Part shown: one piece after another, positions 1-11,455 of the stretch
Layout of the letters: each line of letters starts with the position of its first letter
How positions within the stretch are numbered: the stretch's first letter is position 1
DNA from: Gammaproteobacteria bacterium
GTDB taxonomy: Bacteria > Pseudomonadota > Gammaproteobacteria > UBA4575
DNA length: 64,000 nucleotides
NCBI GenBank assembly: GCA_965222615.1
Contig: CBDCUI010000008.1
Span: 768,001-832,000, forward strand
Reading direction: 5' to 3'
Program-made: the position numbers and the translations under genes
Notes under the pieces: model-generated
The model's input: only the letters and a program-made list of their open reading frames with translations
The model's database searches: none
What the model was told of the DNA's origin: nothing

Positions 1-1
1 T

Positions 2-1339
2 ATTCATGGTGTACGTGTTCTTGGCGAACTTAATAAAATTAATTCTGTATTTGACTCCTACAATATTGAACTAGTAATTGTATGTATTCGGAATATTGGC
101 GCGCCTGTAATGCGTGAAATATTAAAAGCTTGCAGCAATAATAATGTTGTATGCCAAACGATACCTTCATTAACAGAAGTAAATGATAACAATGTAAATA
201 TATCTCGACTGAGAGATATTAATATTGAGGACCTATTAGGTCGTGAGATTGTCAAGCTAGATGATGAATCTATCAGTGAGTTCATTGAAAATGAATGTGT
301 GTTAGTTACAGGTGCAGGTGGCTCAATTGGCTCCGAGCTGTGTCGTCAGACTTTAAGGTATCATCCTAAAAAGTTGATATTGCTTGAACAAAATGAGTTT
401 AATTTATATACCATCACAAAAAATTTAGAGGATATAGAAAAAAATGCATATGTTGATATTGTTCCGCTACTATGTGATGTGCGGGATATAAAAGCGGTCG
501 ATGATATTTTTATGCGTCATGGACCTAATATTGTTTTGCATGCGGCTGCCTATAAACATGTTCCTATAATAGAAGATAATGTAATAGAAGGTGTAAAGAC
601 TAATATTTTCGGTACTAAAAAATTGGCCGAGGTTGCAGTTAAATATAAAGTAGATAAATTTGTAATGGTTTCTACTGATAAAGCCGTAAACCCAACTAGT
701 TTGATGGGTGCAACCAAACGAGCAGCAGAAATATTTTGTCAAGTACTGGATTCACAAACTACGACTCAATTTATTACTACAAGATTTGGAAATGTCGTTG
801 ATTCTACTGGTTCAGTAGTACCATTATTTAGAGAGCAAATTAAAAATGGGGGGCCCGTAACCGTAACACATCCGGAAATTTCACGTTATTTCATGAGCAT
901 ACCTGAGGCGGTCAGTCTGATCTTACAAGCTGCTACAATGGGCGAAGGCGGTGAAATTTTTGTGCTCGATATGGGGGAGCCAGTTAAAATTTATGACTTG
1001 GCAAGGCAAATGATCCGATTATCTGGTTATGATCCAGATCATGATATAAAAATTGAAATAATTGGCTTGCGCCCAGGGGAAAAATTACATGAAGAACTTT
1101 TCCATGCATCCGAAAACCATACTGGCACTAAGCATCCTAAAATCTTATTGTCAGAATCACGTAAAGTTGACTGGGATATTTTTTCTTATCAGTTGGACGA
1201 AATTATTAGTGCCTGTAAACAAAGAGATGAACATAAAGTTATTGCATTACTGAAAAAAATTATTCCTGAATATGTGGAAAACCAAACTTTTTTAACTGGC
1301 GAAGGAACCAGCCAAGCAGCTCAAGAGACTATCCATTAA
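2..1339 (+). CDS. Nucleoside-diphosphate sugar epimerase/dehydratase (CapD/PglF/WbpM family), 5'-truncated by window edge
   Basis: GAGGSIGSEL, HAAAYKHVP, STDKAV, RFGNV, GLRPGEKL motifs; frame is open from base 2 into the listed ATG at 110. Confidence 0.92.
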   Translation: MHGVRVLGELNKINSVFDSYNIELVIVCIRNIGAPVMREILKACSNNNVVCQTIPSLTEVNDNNVNISRLRDINIEDLLGREIVKLDDESISEFIENECVLVTGAGGSIGSELCRQTLRYHPKKLILLEQNEFNLYTITKNLEDIEKNAYVDIVPLLCDVRDIKAVDDIFMRHGPNIVLHAAAYKHVPIIEDNVIEGVKTNIFGTKKLAEVAVKYKVDKFVMVSTDKAVNPTSLMGATKRAAEIFCQVLDSQTTTQFITTRFGNVVDSTGSVVPLFREQIKNGGPVTVTHPEISRYFMSIPEAVSLILQAATMGEGGEIFVLDMGEPVKIYDLARQMIRLSGYDPDHDIKIEIIGLRPGEKLHEELFHASENHTGTKHPKILLSESRKVDWDIFSYQLDEIISACKQRDEHKVIALLKKIIPEYVENQTFLTGEGTSQAAQETIH

Positions 1340-1384
1340 GTGTTAAACATAATAATACTAAGTTAACAACTATCGGTCATCGTT

Positions 1385-2716
1385 ATGAAGAAAGTATTTG
1401 TTAAAACTCAGGGTTGCCAAATGAATGAATATGATTCAGAAAAAATACTAAATGTATTGAATCATAAAAGTGGTTTTGAGATGACAACAGATCCTGAGCA
1501 AGCAGATGTATTGTTATTAAATACTTGTTCGATACGCGAGAAGGCACAGGAAAAAGTATTTTCACAATTAGGGCAATGGCGCAAATTAAAAGAGAATAAT
1601 CCTAATGTACTAATCGGTGTGGGTGGTTGTGTGGCGAGTCAAGAAGGTGATGCTTTGGCTAAGCGTGCCAGACAAGTGGATGTTGTCTTTGGTCCTCAAA
1701 CCATACACCGATTGCCAGAACTGTTTCATCAAGCAGAAGAGGATAAAAAAACAGTTGTTGATATCTCGTTTCCTGAAATGGAAAAGTTTGATTGTTTACC
1801 TGAGCCTAGTTCTGATGGTCCAACCGCATATGTGTCAATCATGGAGGGTTGCAGTAAATATTGTACTTACTGTGTAGTTCCTTATACCAGAGGTGAGGAA
1901 TTTAGTAGACCATTGAATGGTGTGCTGCAAGAAATTCATATTTTAGCTGAGCAAGGTGTTCGTGAAGTAACTTTGTTAGGTCAAAACGTAAATGGATATC
2001 GTGGCTTGAATAAGAATGGAGAAATTATAGATTTTTCATTGCTACTTTACTATGTAAGTAAAATCGATGGTATTGAACGTATTCGTTATACTAGTTCCCA
2101 TCCCATTGAGTTTTCTGATAATTTAATTGATGCCTATGAGGATATACCCGAGCTAGTAAATCATATTCATTTGCCTGTACAAAGCGGTTCTGATCGAATA
2201 CTTGCTGCAATGAAACGTGGGCACACTGCTATCGAATATAAATCTAAAATAAAGAAATTAAGGAAACATCGGTCTGATATCAGTATTTCCTCAGATTTTA
2301 TTGTTGGTTTTCCGGGAGAGTCCGATCGAGATTTTCAGGATACAATAAAATTAGTCGAGGACATTAAATTTGACCAATCTTATAGTTTTATATATAGCCG
2401 AAGACCAGGGACTCCTGCAGCATTTTTTGAAGACGAGGTGCCATTAGAAACAAAAAAACACAGACTTGCTAGTTTGCAAGAAATAATTAATCAATTTTCT
2501 TCAGATTATGCTAAGTCTATGATTGGTACAGAGCAAACCGTTTTAGTAGAAGGATATTCAAAACATTCTGACCTTGAATATTCAGGCAGGACCGAAAATA
2601 ATCGTGTGGTAAACTTTAAAGCGCCTGAGAATGTCGTTGGTAAATTTGTGTGTTTACAGATTACAGATGCTTATTCTAATTCATTGCGTGGAGAATACCG
2701 TGCAACAACAGCTTAG
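1385..2716 (+). CDS. miaB: tRNA-2-methylthio-N6-dimethylallyladenosine synthase (radical SAM)
   Basis: [26 protein letters not shown] motif, C-terminal TRAM region; miaB-phoH-ybeY synteny. Confidence 0.97.
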   Translation: MKKVFVKTQGCQMNEYDSEKILNVLNHKSGFEMTTDPEQADVLLLNTCSIREKAQEKVFSQLGQWRKLKENNPNVLIGVGGCVASQEGDALAKRARQVDVVFGPQTIHRLPELFHQAEEDKKTVVDISFPEMEKFDCLPEPSSDGPTAYVSIMEGCSKYCTYCVVPYTRGEEFSRPLNGVLQEIHILAEQGVREVTLLGQNVNGYRGLNKNGEIIDFSLLLYYVSKIDGIERIRYTSSHPIEFSDNLIDAYEDIPELVNHIHLPVQSGSDRILAAMKRGHTAIEYKSKIKKLRKHRSDISISSDFIVGFPGESDRDFQDTIKLVEDIKFDQSYSFIYSRRPGTPAAFFEDEVPLETKKHRLASLQEIINQFSSDYAKSMIGTEQTVLVEGYSKHSDLEYSGRTENNRVVNFKAPENVVGKFVCLQITDAYSNSLRGEYRATTA

Positions 2717-3696
2717 TGGTATTTGAACATTTGTCAGCTGAACTTCATTCTGTAGATATCATTCTAGAACCTGCCGATAATCCGCGACTTGCAAATCTTT
2801 GTGGGCCTTTTAACGAGCATTTGCATCAACTAGAAGAAAGACTTGGCGTAGTAATCAACAATAGAGGAAATGCATTTTCAATTAGTGGTGAAGCAAAAGC
2901 TGCAAATGCTGCGGCGGAAGTATTAAAAGAACTCTACGACTCGACTGAAAATCAAAATTTGTCCTCTTCGTTAGTACATCTGCATTTGCAGGAATCAGAG
3001 CTAGCCAATATTGTTGATCGAGAGTTTAAGAAATCTCGAACTACTGTATATACGAAGCGAAGTGCCATTAAACCGCGCGGTACCAATCAAGAAGCATATA
3101 TAAGAGCGATTGAAGAAAGTGATCTGGTCTTTGGAGTAGGCCCTGCTGGTACAGGAAAAACATATTTAGCAGTAGCATGTGCGGTAGAAGCGCTTGAGCG
3201 AGATAATATTCGTAAGCTTGTATTAGTAAGGCCTGCGGTTGAGGCAGGTGAGCGACTCGGATTTTTACCTGGTGATCTCGCACAGAAAATCGATCCTTAT
3301 CTAAGACCCATGTATGACGCTCTTTTTGAGATGATGGGATATGAGAGGGTGAATAAACTAATCGACAGGAATGTTATCGAAATTGCTCCACTGGCCTATA
3401 TGCGGGGTCGTACCCTAAATGATGCATTTATCATTTTAGATGAAGCACAAAATACAACAAATGAACAAATGAAAATGTTTCTCACGCGTATTGGTTTTGG
3501 TTCTAAGGCAATAGTTACCGGTGATATAACCCAAATTGATTTACCTAACTCAAAAGAATCTGGATTGAAAAATGTCATTCGTATATTAAAGGGAACAGAG
3601 GGTATATCTTTTTGTGAATTTAATGCCAAGGATGTTGTACGTCACCCGCTTGTTAAAAAAATTATAAGGGCATACGAAAATAATAAGTCGGACTAG
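2716..3696 (+). CDS. ybeZ: PhoH-family ATPase (YbeZ)
   Basis: GPAGTGKT, RPAVEAGERLGFLPG, YMRGRTL, DEAQN. Confidence 0.95.
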   Translation: MVFEHLSAELHSVDIILEPADNPRLANLCGPFNEHLHQLEERLGVVINNRGNAFSISGEAKAANAAAEVLKELYDSTENQNLSSSLVHLHLQESELANIVDREFKKSRTTVYTKRSAIKPRGTNQEAYIRAIEESDLVFGVGPAGTGKTYLAVACAVEALERDNIRKLVLVRPAVEAGERLGFLPGDLAQKIDPYLRPMYDALFEMMGYERVNKLIDRNVIEIAPLAYMRGRTLNDAFIILDEAQNTTNEQMKMFLTRIGFGSKAIVTGDITQIDLPNSKESGLKNVIRILKGTEGISFCEFNAKDVVRHPLVKKIIRAYENNKSD

Positions 3697-3710
3697 TATA
3701 TTTTTGAATC

Positions 3711-4157
3711 ATGGCAGTGAAATTAGACGTTCAATTTGCAGTAAACGATGAAAATATCCCTACAGCTTCAAAATTTAAAGTTTGGGCAGAGAAAATCCCT
3801 TCATCAGAAAACGAACAAAGCGCTTGTTTGCGGATAGTGGGTGAGCATGAAGCTAAGCAGCTCAATTCTCGCTACCGAAATATCGATAAGGCGACAAATG
3901 TCTTATCATTTCCAGCTGATATCCCAAGTGAACTTGGCCTAAATTTTCTTGGAGATATAGTTATTTGTGCGCCAGTAGTTTACCAAGAGGCGGTTGAACA
4001 AAATAAAGAGTTATTATCACACTGGGCGCATTTATTGGTGCACGGTATTTTACATTTGCAAGGTTATATGCATGATAGTGATGAGCAGGCTGCAGACATG
4101 GAAGCAATGGAAGTTGAAACTTTACGAAAATTAGGAATAGATAATCCATATTGCTAA
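3711..4157 (+). CDS. ybeY: rRNA maturation endoribonuclease YbeY
   Basis: TNVLSF and [11 protein letters not shown] metal motif; synteny. Confidence 0.95.
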   Translation: MAVKLDVQFAVNDENIPTASKFKVWAEKIPSSENEQSACLRIVGEHEAKQLNSRYRNIDKATNVLSFPADIPSELGLNFLGDIVICAPVVYQEAVEQNKELLSHWAHLLVHGILHLQGYMHDSDEQAADMEAMEVETLRKLGIDNPYC

Positions 4158-4200
4158 TTCAAAGGTAATTGCGCGCCAATAAAAAAACACTAATTACACA

Positions 4201-5013
4201 ATGTTATCAAGTTTTATCTCTTCTATAAAAAAACTTTTCGAAAAAAATCCTGAAAATCGGGAGGAAATTGTTAATTTATTACGCAGATCAGAAAAGAGAA
4301 ATCTTATTGATAAAGATGCGCTAGATATGATTGAAGGCGCATTTAAAGTTTCTGAAATTCAAGTAAAAAATATCATGATTCCACGTTCTCAAATGGTAGT
4401 CGTTCGAGAAGGAACTTCTTTACAGGAAATGTTGCCAATTATCATAGATTCCGCTCATTCGAGGTTTCCTGTAATCGGTGATAGCCGTGATGAAGTTCTT
4501 GGTATTTTGCTTGCAAAAGATCTTCTTCGTTATTTCATCGAAGGTAGACAGGATCAATTTAGTTTAGAAGATGTTTTGCGTCCTGCTGTGGTTATTCCGG
4601 AATCAAAACGAGTCAACAAATTGTTAAATGAATTTAAAGATGGACGCAATCATATGGCAATTGTGGTTGACGAATATAGCAGTGTATCTGGTCTAGTAAC
4701 GATTGAAGATGTGCTTGAACAAATTGTTGGAGAAATCACTGACGAACACGATGTTGAAGAAGATCGATACATATTTGAACATTCAAAAGGAATATATGGT
4801 GTAAAGGCTCTCACGCCTATTGAGGATTTTAATGAATTTTTTTCCACACAATATAGTGATACTGATTTTGAGACATTTGGTGGATTAGTGCTGAGTAAAT
4901 TTGGACATTTGCCGAAAAAAGGTGAAAAAATTGAGTTTGATAAATTTAAAATAGAAGTGCTCAGAGCCGATAGGAGAAGGCTGCATCTCCTAAATGTATC
5001 ATTCCATTCCTGA
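4201..5013 (+). CDS. corC: CBS-domain Mg/Co homeostasis protein CorC/YbeX
   Basis: MIPRSQM, HSRFPV, VVDEY, EDVLEQIVGEI; synteny. Confidence 0.93.
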   Translation: MLSSFISSIKKLFEKNPENREEIVNLLRRSEKRNLIDKDALDMIEGAFKVSEIQVKNIMIPRSQMVVVREGTSLQEMLPIIIDSAHSRFPVIGDSRDEVLGILLAKDLLRYFIEGRQDQFSLEDVLRPAVVIPESKRVNKLLNEFKDGRNHMAIVVDEYSSVSGLVTIEDVLEQIVGEITDEHDVEEDRYIFEHSKGIYGVKALTPIEDFNEFFSTQYSDTDFETFGGLVLSKFGHLPKKGEKIEFDKFKIEVLRADRRRLHLLNVSFHS

Positions 5014-5036
5014 TAATATTAGCAACATTAGTTTAA

Positions 5037-5248
5037 GGAAGCCTTGATTTATTCTGCTTAAATTAATTTTTTTGGTTGTTAAAAAATGTTTCGAAATGCT
5101 CATGTATTCGTATATGCACTCCACTTTGACTCGTACCTTCCCAGTGCTCGGCTTGCGGCTAGCAGAGCTTCCCAAATCTGCTCCCGGCAGATTTGTCTCA
5201 ACATTTTTTACCTCATCTTAGTCATTTCATTAATAAATCAGAATTTCC
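5037..5248. mobile_element. MITE copy 1 (IS5-like ends) with nested 69-nt insertion
   Basis: GGAAGCCTTGATTTATT ... AATAAATCAGAATTTCC terminal inverted repeats flanked by TTAA on both sides; interior matches reverse complement of 43106-43249. Confidence 0.8.
5128..5196 (+). repeat. Short multi-hairpin element (copy A) nested in MITE 1
   Basis: Absent from plain MITE copies; ends CAAATCTGCTCCCGGCAGATTTGT. Confidence 0.7.
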
Positions 5249-5286
5249 TTAATACGTTGTAATTATTTATGCGCTAATGTGATCAG

Positions 5287-6798
5287 ATGTCTATTATATT
5301 TGAAAATAAATTTAAAATTATTGCAACAGCTGTTGCTGGGACAGTGATGGTTTGTGCTTTCGCGCCATTTTCCTATTGGTGGCTAACTTTCATTTGTCCA
5401 CTTGTTTTGTATATAAGCTTAATTAAAAGGACTCCAACAGAATCTTTTATCTTTGGTTTTATATTTGGTTTATTTTTCTTTGGGTTTGGTGTTCCCTGGA
5501 CATATAACAGTATTCATGAGTTCGGGCATGCACCAGTATTATTAAGCGCTTTTTTGGCAGCATTATTAGTTCTTGTGCTTGCGTTATTTCCGGCATTTGC
5601 TTCCTTAATAATGGCAAAACTTAAGTGTAATGAAAAATTGCATGTTATCAGTGCCCTGGCGTTTTCAGCATTGTGGGTATTGTTTGAATGGATAAGGGGT
5701 TGGTTCTTTACTGGTTTCCCGTGGTTGTTGGTGGGGCATGTGCATCACACAAGTCCGCTACAAGGAAGTATCCCTATTTTAGGAAGCTATGGTGCCTCGT
5801 GGTTAACCTTGCTGATCAGTGCTTTTGTTGTAGTGATAATAACAGGGCAAAACAGGCAAAAAGTAATTGCAAGTGCTTCGCTATTATTTGTGATTTTATT
5901 TTTATATATATCTACACAAATTCAGTGGACACATGCGGAAGATAGTGAATTAGATGTAGCGCTAGTGCAAGGGAATATTCCTCAAGAGATGAAATGGAAT
6001 CAAAAAATGCATCCTTATATTATGAATAAATATATGGAGTTAAGTGAAAATCACTTTGATGCAGATATTGTTGTATGGCCAGAAACTGCAATACCTACTT
6101 ATTACACTCTAGTTAAAGAAAATTTTATAAAAAAGTTAACAGAAACTTCTGAACACAAAAATGTGGAGTTTTTAGTGGGGCTGTTTACGTCTAATATTAA
6201 CAATGGAGAAGTTTACAATAGTGTTATGGCACTTGGAAAAGAATTAAGTTTTTATCAAAAACAACATTTGGTGCCATTTGGAGAATACATCCCGTTTCGT
6301 GGCTTGGTTTCTTTTTTGGAGGACTATATACAAGTCCCTATTGGTGATCTCGCCAATGGCGAGGGTAGGCCGCTAGTAAAATTGAAAGGGTATCCGGTCG
6401 GTACTTCCATATGCTATGAAGCCGTTTATGGAAACGAAATTATTGAAGCTATGCCCGATGCAAAATTACTAATCAACGTAAGTAATGACGCATGGTTTGG
6501 GGATTCACTAGCTCCCCATCAACATTTAGAAATTACACGGTCACGGGCAATTGAGACCGGTAGGTACTTATTGCGCGCTACCAATACTGGAATATCGGCT
6601 GTTATTTCTCCAGATGGCTCCATAATAAATAAATCTGCACAATTTCAAGAAGATGTTGTGCGAGCAAAAATTTATCCATATTCAGGACAGACGCCGTATT
6701 CGTGCTGGGGAAATTGGGCAATTGTCACAATTTTATTTAGTATTCTATTTATAATATGTCTATATCAATGGCGAGCACGATCTCGCAACACAGCGTAA
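5287..6798 (+). CDS. lnt: Apolipoprotein N-acyltransferase
   Basis: FTGFPW, VWPETA, KQHLVPFGEYIP, ICYE, SNDAWFG, RATNTGIS. Confidence 0.96.
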   Translation: MSIIFENKFKIIATAVAGTVMVCAFAPFSYWWLTFICPLVLYISLIKRTPTESFIFGFIFGLFFFGFGVPWTYNSIHEFGHAPVLLSAFLAALLVLVLALFPAFASLIMAKLKCNEKLHVISALAFSALWVLFEWIRGWFFTGFPWLLVGHVHHTSPLQGSIPILGSYGASWLTLLISAFVVVIITGQNRQKVIASASLLFVILFLYISTQIQWTHAEDSELDVALVQGNIPQEMKWNQKMHPYIMNKYMELSENHFDADIVVWPETAIPTYYTLVKENFIKKLTETSEHKNVEFLVGLFTSNINNGEVYNSVMALGKELSFYQKQHLVPFGEYIPFRGLVSFLEDYIQVPIGDLANGEGRPLVKLKGYPVGTSICYEAVYGNEIIEAMPDAKLLINVSNDAWFGDSLAPHQHLEITRSRAIETGRYLLRATNTGISAVISPDGSIINKSAQFQEDVVRAKIYPYSGQTPYSCWGNWAIVTILFSILFIICLYQWRARSRNTA

Positions 6799-6832
6799 TA
6801 TATTGTTAACTCTATAATTAATTTAACTAATC

Positions 6833-8248
6833 ATGTCTATACCTTTGCTTTTACCAGTGGTGTTGTCGGGTGGATCCGGTACACGATTGTGGCCGCTTTC
6901 AAGAAAATTATATCCAAAACAATTTTTACCGCTGTACGAGGATAAAAGTTTATTCCAAGCTACTGTAGAAAGAGTTAAAGATTTAAATAATGTAGAAAGT
7001 TTGTTAGTCATTTGTAATGACGAACATCGCTTTATGGCGGCGGAGCAATTACGCCAAATGAGTGTTGAAGGCTCGGATATTATTTTGGAACCTGTGGGTC
7101 GTAATACTGCACCTGCAATAACCATTGCGGCGATGCATGCCATTAAAAAAACGCCAAATGCACAATTACTGATATTACCTGCAGATCATATCATTACAGA
7201 CCTACAACCATTCAACGATGCTGTTTCTGTTGCACAACAGGCTGCACAGGATAAGTTAGTAACTTTTGGTGTTGTACCAACACGCGCTGAAACTGGTTTT
7301 GGGTATATTAAACAAGTTAATAATGGTGATGAAAGATATTTTAAAGTAGAGGAGTTTGTTGAAAAACCTGATCAAGCAACTGCAGAAAAATATTTAGCCA
7401 GTGGAGATTATCTTTGGAACAGTGGTATGTTTTTATTTAGTGCTGAGATGTATTTAAAAGAGATTAAGCATCTGCAGCCGAAGATCTATGATGCCTGTGT
7501 TCAAGCTTATACTAATGGTGAGAAAGATCTGGATTTTATTCGTTTAGAAGAGCAATCGTTTGCGAATGCACCTGACATTTCGGTTGACTACGCAGTGATG
7601 GAAAAAACTGACCATGCAGCAGTGGTTCCATTAAAAAGCAGTTGGAGTGATGTTGGGTCTTGGCACGCCTTATGGGAATCTTTTGATAGAGATAAAGATG
7701 ACAATAGTACTCATGGAGATATCATAACGGAAGACTGTAGTGGTTGTTATATACATGCTAATAATAGGTTAGTAACAGCGGTAGGCTTAAGAGATCAAGT
7801 AATTATAGAAACCGCTGATGCAGTGTTAGTGACTTCAAGAGATCGTGCTCAAGAAGTTAAAACCATCGTAAATAAACTCAAGGAAGCTGATCGCACAGAA
7901 GTTGATATTCATCCTAAAGTTTATCGTCCCTGGGGGGCTTATGAAACAATAGATATTGAAGATCGCTTTCAAGTAAAGCGTATCACCGTATACCCAACCC
8001 AGAAATTATCCTTGCAAATGCATCATCATCGTGCTGAACACTGGATCGTTGTGAAAGGTACTGCTAAAGTCACGCGTGGTGAGGATGAATTTTTATTAAG
8101 TGAAAATGAATCGACTTACATTCCAATTGGTACTAAACATCGTTTGGAAAATCCTGGCATGATCCCACTAGAATTGATTGAAGTACAATCAGGCACCTAT
8201 TTAGGTGAAGATGATATTACAAGATTTGAAGATGTTTATGGCCGCTGA
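6833..8248 (+). CDS. manC: Mannose-1-phosphate guanylyltransferase / mannose-6-phosphate isomerase
   Basis: GGSGTRLWPLSR, EPVGRNTAPA, FVEKP, C-terminal cupin with HHHRAEHW. Confidence 0.95.
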   Translation: MSIPLLLPVVLSGGSGTRLWPLSRKLYPKQFLPLYEDKSLFQATVERVKDLNNVESLLVICNDEHRFMAAEQLRQMSVEGSDIILEPVGRNTAPAITIAAMHAIKKTPNAQLLILPADHIITDLQPFNDAVSVAQQAAQDKLVTFGVVPTRAETGFGYIKQVNNGDERYFKVEEFVEKPDQATAEKYLASGDYLWNSGMFLFSAEMYLKEIKHLQPKIYDACVQAYTNGEKDLDFIRLEEQSFANAPDISVDYAVMEKTDHAAVVPLKSSWSDVGSWHALWESFDRDKDDNSTHGDIITEDCSGCYIHANNRLVTAVGLRDQVIIETADAVLVTSRDRAQEVKTIVNKLKEADRTEVDIHPKVYRPWGAYETIDIEDRFQVKRITVYPTQKLSLQMHHHRAEHWIVVKGTAKVTRGEDEFLLSENESTYIPIGTKHRLENPGMIPLELIEVQSGTYLGEDDITRFEDVYGR

Positions 8249-8404
8249 CAAATTTTGGCAGGTCCCACTTTAGTTTAATAAATCTATACTTAATAGTTGT
8301 TGAACACGACTATCCTAGCATTTGATTCATTATTTCATATTGAGTTAATGTGAATTGAGCTGCTATGCTCTCACGCTTTTAGATACTCAGATATTCGATC
8401 TTTT

Positions 8405-10861
8405 ATGCCACGCCCATATCACCCAGAGGAAATTGAGTCTGCTGTTCAGCAATATTGGGAACAACATGAGGCTTTTAAGGCTAAGGAAGCCGAGCAATTA
8501 GAAAAATTCTATTGCTTATCGATGTTTCCTTATCCTAGTGGGCGTTTGCACATGGGGCATGTTCGCAATTACACCATCGGGGATGTAATTAGTCGCTATC
8601 AACGCATGTTAGGGAAAAATGTGCTGCAACCAATGGGTTGGGACGCATTTGGATTGCCAGCAGAAAATGCTGCAATAAAGAACAAAGTGCCACCCGCGAA
8701 ATGGACCTATGAAAATATCGATTATATGCGCAGCCAGCTTAAGCGACTGGGTTTTGCTTATGATTGGAGCCGTGAGATTGCAACCTGCCATCCAAAATAC
8801 TATCACTGGGAACAGTGGTTTTTCACTAAACTTTTAGAAAAAAATTTAGTGTATAAAAAGAAAGCAGTGGTGAATTGGGACCCTGTCGATAAAACCGTAC
8901 TCGCCAATGAGCAAGTTATCGATGGTCGTGGTTGGAGATCTAATGCGTTGGTGGAACGTAAAGAAATAGACCAATGGTTCTTAAAAATAACCGCCTATGC
9001 GGAGGAGTTATTGAAAGATTTAGAACAACTAAAAGGATGGCCAGATCAAGTTAAGACGATGCAAACAAATTGGATTGGTCGTTCTGAAGGTGTCGAAATA
9101 ATTTTCAATGTAGAAAACCAAGCTCCTTTACGTGTTTATACGACACGTCCTGATACTTTAATGGGTGTAACTTATCTTGCAATTGCACCCGAACATGTTT
9201 TAGCGACACAAGCCGCAGAGACCTCGGCAGAAATTGCAGAGTTTTTACATGAATGTAAGCAAACAAAGGTTTCAGAATCTGAAATGAATACCTTAGAAAA
9301 ACGAGGTATTGCTACCGGTCTTAATGCTATCCATCCAATCAGCAGCGAACAAATACCGATTTGGATCGCTAACTTTGTATTAATAGAATATGGGTCGGGT
9401 GCAGTAATGTCTGTACCTGCGCATGACCAACGCGACTGGGAATTTGCCAATAAATTTAATCTCCCAATCAAGCCAGTGGTTTTCCCAAATAAAGATAATA
9501 CTGAAATTGATATTGCAAGTGGTGCATTTATAGAAAAAGGTTGGTTACATGATTCTCAGAAATTTGATGGCTTAAGTTCTGAAAAAGCCTTTGATGAAAT
9601 TGCGGCTGAACTGGAAAATAATGACAAAGGTCAACGTCAAGTAAATTATCGCTTGCGAGATTGGGGGATTTCTCGGCAACGTTACTGGGGTTGTCCGATA
9701 CCTGTGATTAATTGTGCGAAGTGTGGTGTGGTAGCGGTACCTGAGCAAGATTTACCAGTACGACTACCTGAGGATATTGATTTCGACGGAGCTACATCGC
9801 CACTAAAATCATTGCCAGAATTCCTAAATGTAGAATGTCCACAATGTCATGAGCCTGCACAAAGAGAGACCGACACATTCGATACTTTCTTTGAATCGAG
9901 TTGGTATTTTGCGCGTTATTGTAGTGCAGATAATGACACGGCTATGTTAGATGAACGTGCAAAATATTGGATGCCCGTAGATCAGTACATCGGTGGTATT
10001 GAACATGCTGTCTTGCATCTTTTATATGCGAGATTTTTTAGTAAGTTGATGCGTGATCAAAGTTTATATGATTTTGACGAACCTTTTACTAATCTATTAA
10101 CACAAGGCATGGTGTTAAAAGAAGGAGTAAAAATGTCGAAGAATAAAGGCAACGTAGTTGAGCCGCAAGAATTGATCGATAGATATGGTGCCGATACTGT
10201 TAGGTTATTTGTGATGTTTGCAGCACCGCCAGATCATAGTTTGGAATGGTCAGATACAGCGGTAGAAGGTTCGTATCGATTTATAAATAAACTTTGGCGT
10301 TTGGTAGAAACACATATAGAAAACACATCAACAATTCCTGCCCTGGATACAAGTGTTTTAAATGAACAACAACAAAACTTACGTCGTAAGGTACATGAAA
10401 CCATTCAAAAAGTCACGGACGATATCGGTCGGCGCTATACATTTAATACTGCCATTGCTGCAAACATGGAATTAGTAAATGAGCTAAGCAGTTTTAGTGA
10501 TGCCTCTCCGCAGACGAATGCCATATATCAAGAGGCCTTAGAGTCGATTGTGCTTATGTTGTCTCCTATTTTGCCACATGTATGTCATGTACTTTGGCAA
10601 AATCTTGGTAATGCAACGCCAGTGTATCAACAGCAATGGCCTAGTGTAGATGTAAATGCTTTGAAAAGTGATACTATTGAACTTGTGGTTCAAGTAAATG
10701 GTAAAAAGCGCGCTACAATTAGCGTTTCTAATAATGCTGAAAATAAAGAAATAGAAGATACAGCACAGAATAATGAAAATGTAAAACGTTTTATTGAAAA
10801 AATGAAAGTTGTAAAAATAATTATTGTGCCAAAACGCTTAGTAAATATAGTAGTAAAATAG
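8405..10861 (+). CDS. leuS: Leucine--tRNA ligase
   Basis: [13 protein letters not shown] (HIGH), KMSKNKGN, editing-domain [12 protein letters not shown]. Confidence 0.98.
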   Translation: MPRPYHPEEIESAVQQYWEQHEAFKAKEAEQLEKFYCLSMFPYPSGRLHMGHVRNYTIGDVISRYQRMLGKNVLQPMGWDAFGLPAENAAIKNKVPPAKWTYENIDYMRSQLKRLGFAYDWSREIATCHPKYYHWEQWFFTKLLEKNLVYKKKAVVNWDPVDKTVLANEQVIDGRGWRSNALVERKEIDQWFLKITAYAEELLKDLEQLKGWPDQVKTMQTNWIGRSEGVEIIFNVENQAPLRVYTTRPDTLMGVTYLAIAPEHVLATQAAETSAEIAEFLHECKQTKVSESEMNTLEKRGIATGLNAIHPISSEQIPIWIANFVLIEYGSGAVMSVPAHDQRDWEFANKFNLPIKPVVFPNKDNTEIDIASGAFIEKGWLHDSQKFDGLSSEKAFDEIAAELENNDKGQRQVNYRLRDWGISRQRYWGCPIPVINCAKCGVVAVPEQDLPVRLPEDIDFDGATSPLKSLPEFLNVECPQCHEPAQRETDTFDTFFESSWYFARYCSADNDTAMLDERAKYWMPVDQYIGGIEHAVLHLLYARFFSKLMRDQSLYDFDEPFTNLLTQGMVLKEGVKMSKNKGNVVEPQELIDRYGADTVRLFVMFAAPPDHSLEWSDTAVEGSYRFINKLWRLVETHIENTSTIPALDTSVLNEQQQNLRRKVHETIQKVTDDIGRRYTFNTAIAANMELVNELSSFSDASPQTNAIYQEALESIVLMLSPILPHVCHVLWQNLGNATPVYQQQWPSVDVNALKSDTIELVVQVNGKKRATISVSNNAENKEIEDTAQNNENVKRFIEKMKVVKIIIVPKRLVNIVVK

Positions 10862-10870
10862 AATATTTGT

Positions 10871-11368
10871 ATGAAAAATTTTACTAAAAATATAATTTTT
10901 ATTTTTGTATTGCTGCAAATACTAAATGGATGTGGCTTTCATTTAGCAGGCACGGGCGAATTTTCCGATAGTTTGCAAAACACTTCAGTGCATAGTATTA
11001 CGGCAAGCCGTGAGCTAATCAGCTTGGTTGAAAGAAATTTAATATATAATCAAATAAATGTTGTAGATACAGAGCAAGCAACGGCATTACTCAACATACT
11101 GGAAGAACAAACGGAAAAAGTGATACTTACGGTAGATAATGATGGTAAAGCACGTGAATATGAACTTATTTTAAGAGTAAATTTTGATGTAAAAGGAATC
11201 GACGATAATTATTTACTCAGTGAGCAAAATATATCTTTGAGTAGAGATTTCGTTTTTGATAAAAGTGACTTGCTAGGTGCAAATGAAGAAGAGCAGAAGT
11301 TATTTAATGAAATGAGAAATGATGTGGCAAAACTAATTGTACATCGATTACAAGCAATTAATAATTAA
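10871..11368 (+). CDS. lptE: LPS assembly lipoprotein LptE
   Basis: Lipobox LNGC followed by GFHL; directly after leuS. Confidence 0.9.
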   Translation: MKNFTKNIIFIFVLLQILNGCGFHLAGTGEFSDSLQNTSVHSITASRELISLVERNLIYNQINVVDTEQATALLNILEEQTEKVILTVDNDGKAREYELILRVNFDVKGIDDNYLLSEQNISLSRDFVFDKSDLLGANEEEQKLFNEMRNDVAKLIVHRLQAINN

Positions 11369-11455
11369 GCGTTGGAAAATTAACTATACAATATCAATCA
11401 ATGTTGATTGATTTCCGTCCAGTTCAAATACACTGGATCATTTTTAAGCTCGACA

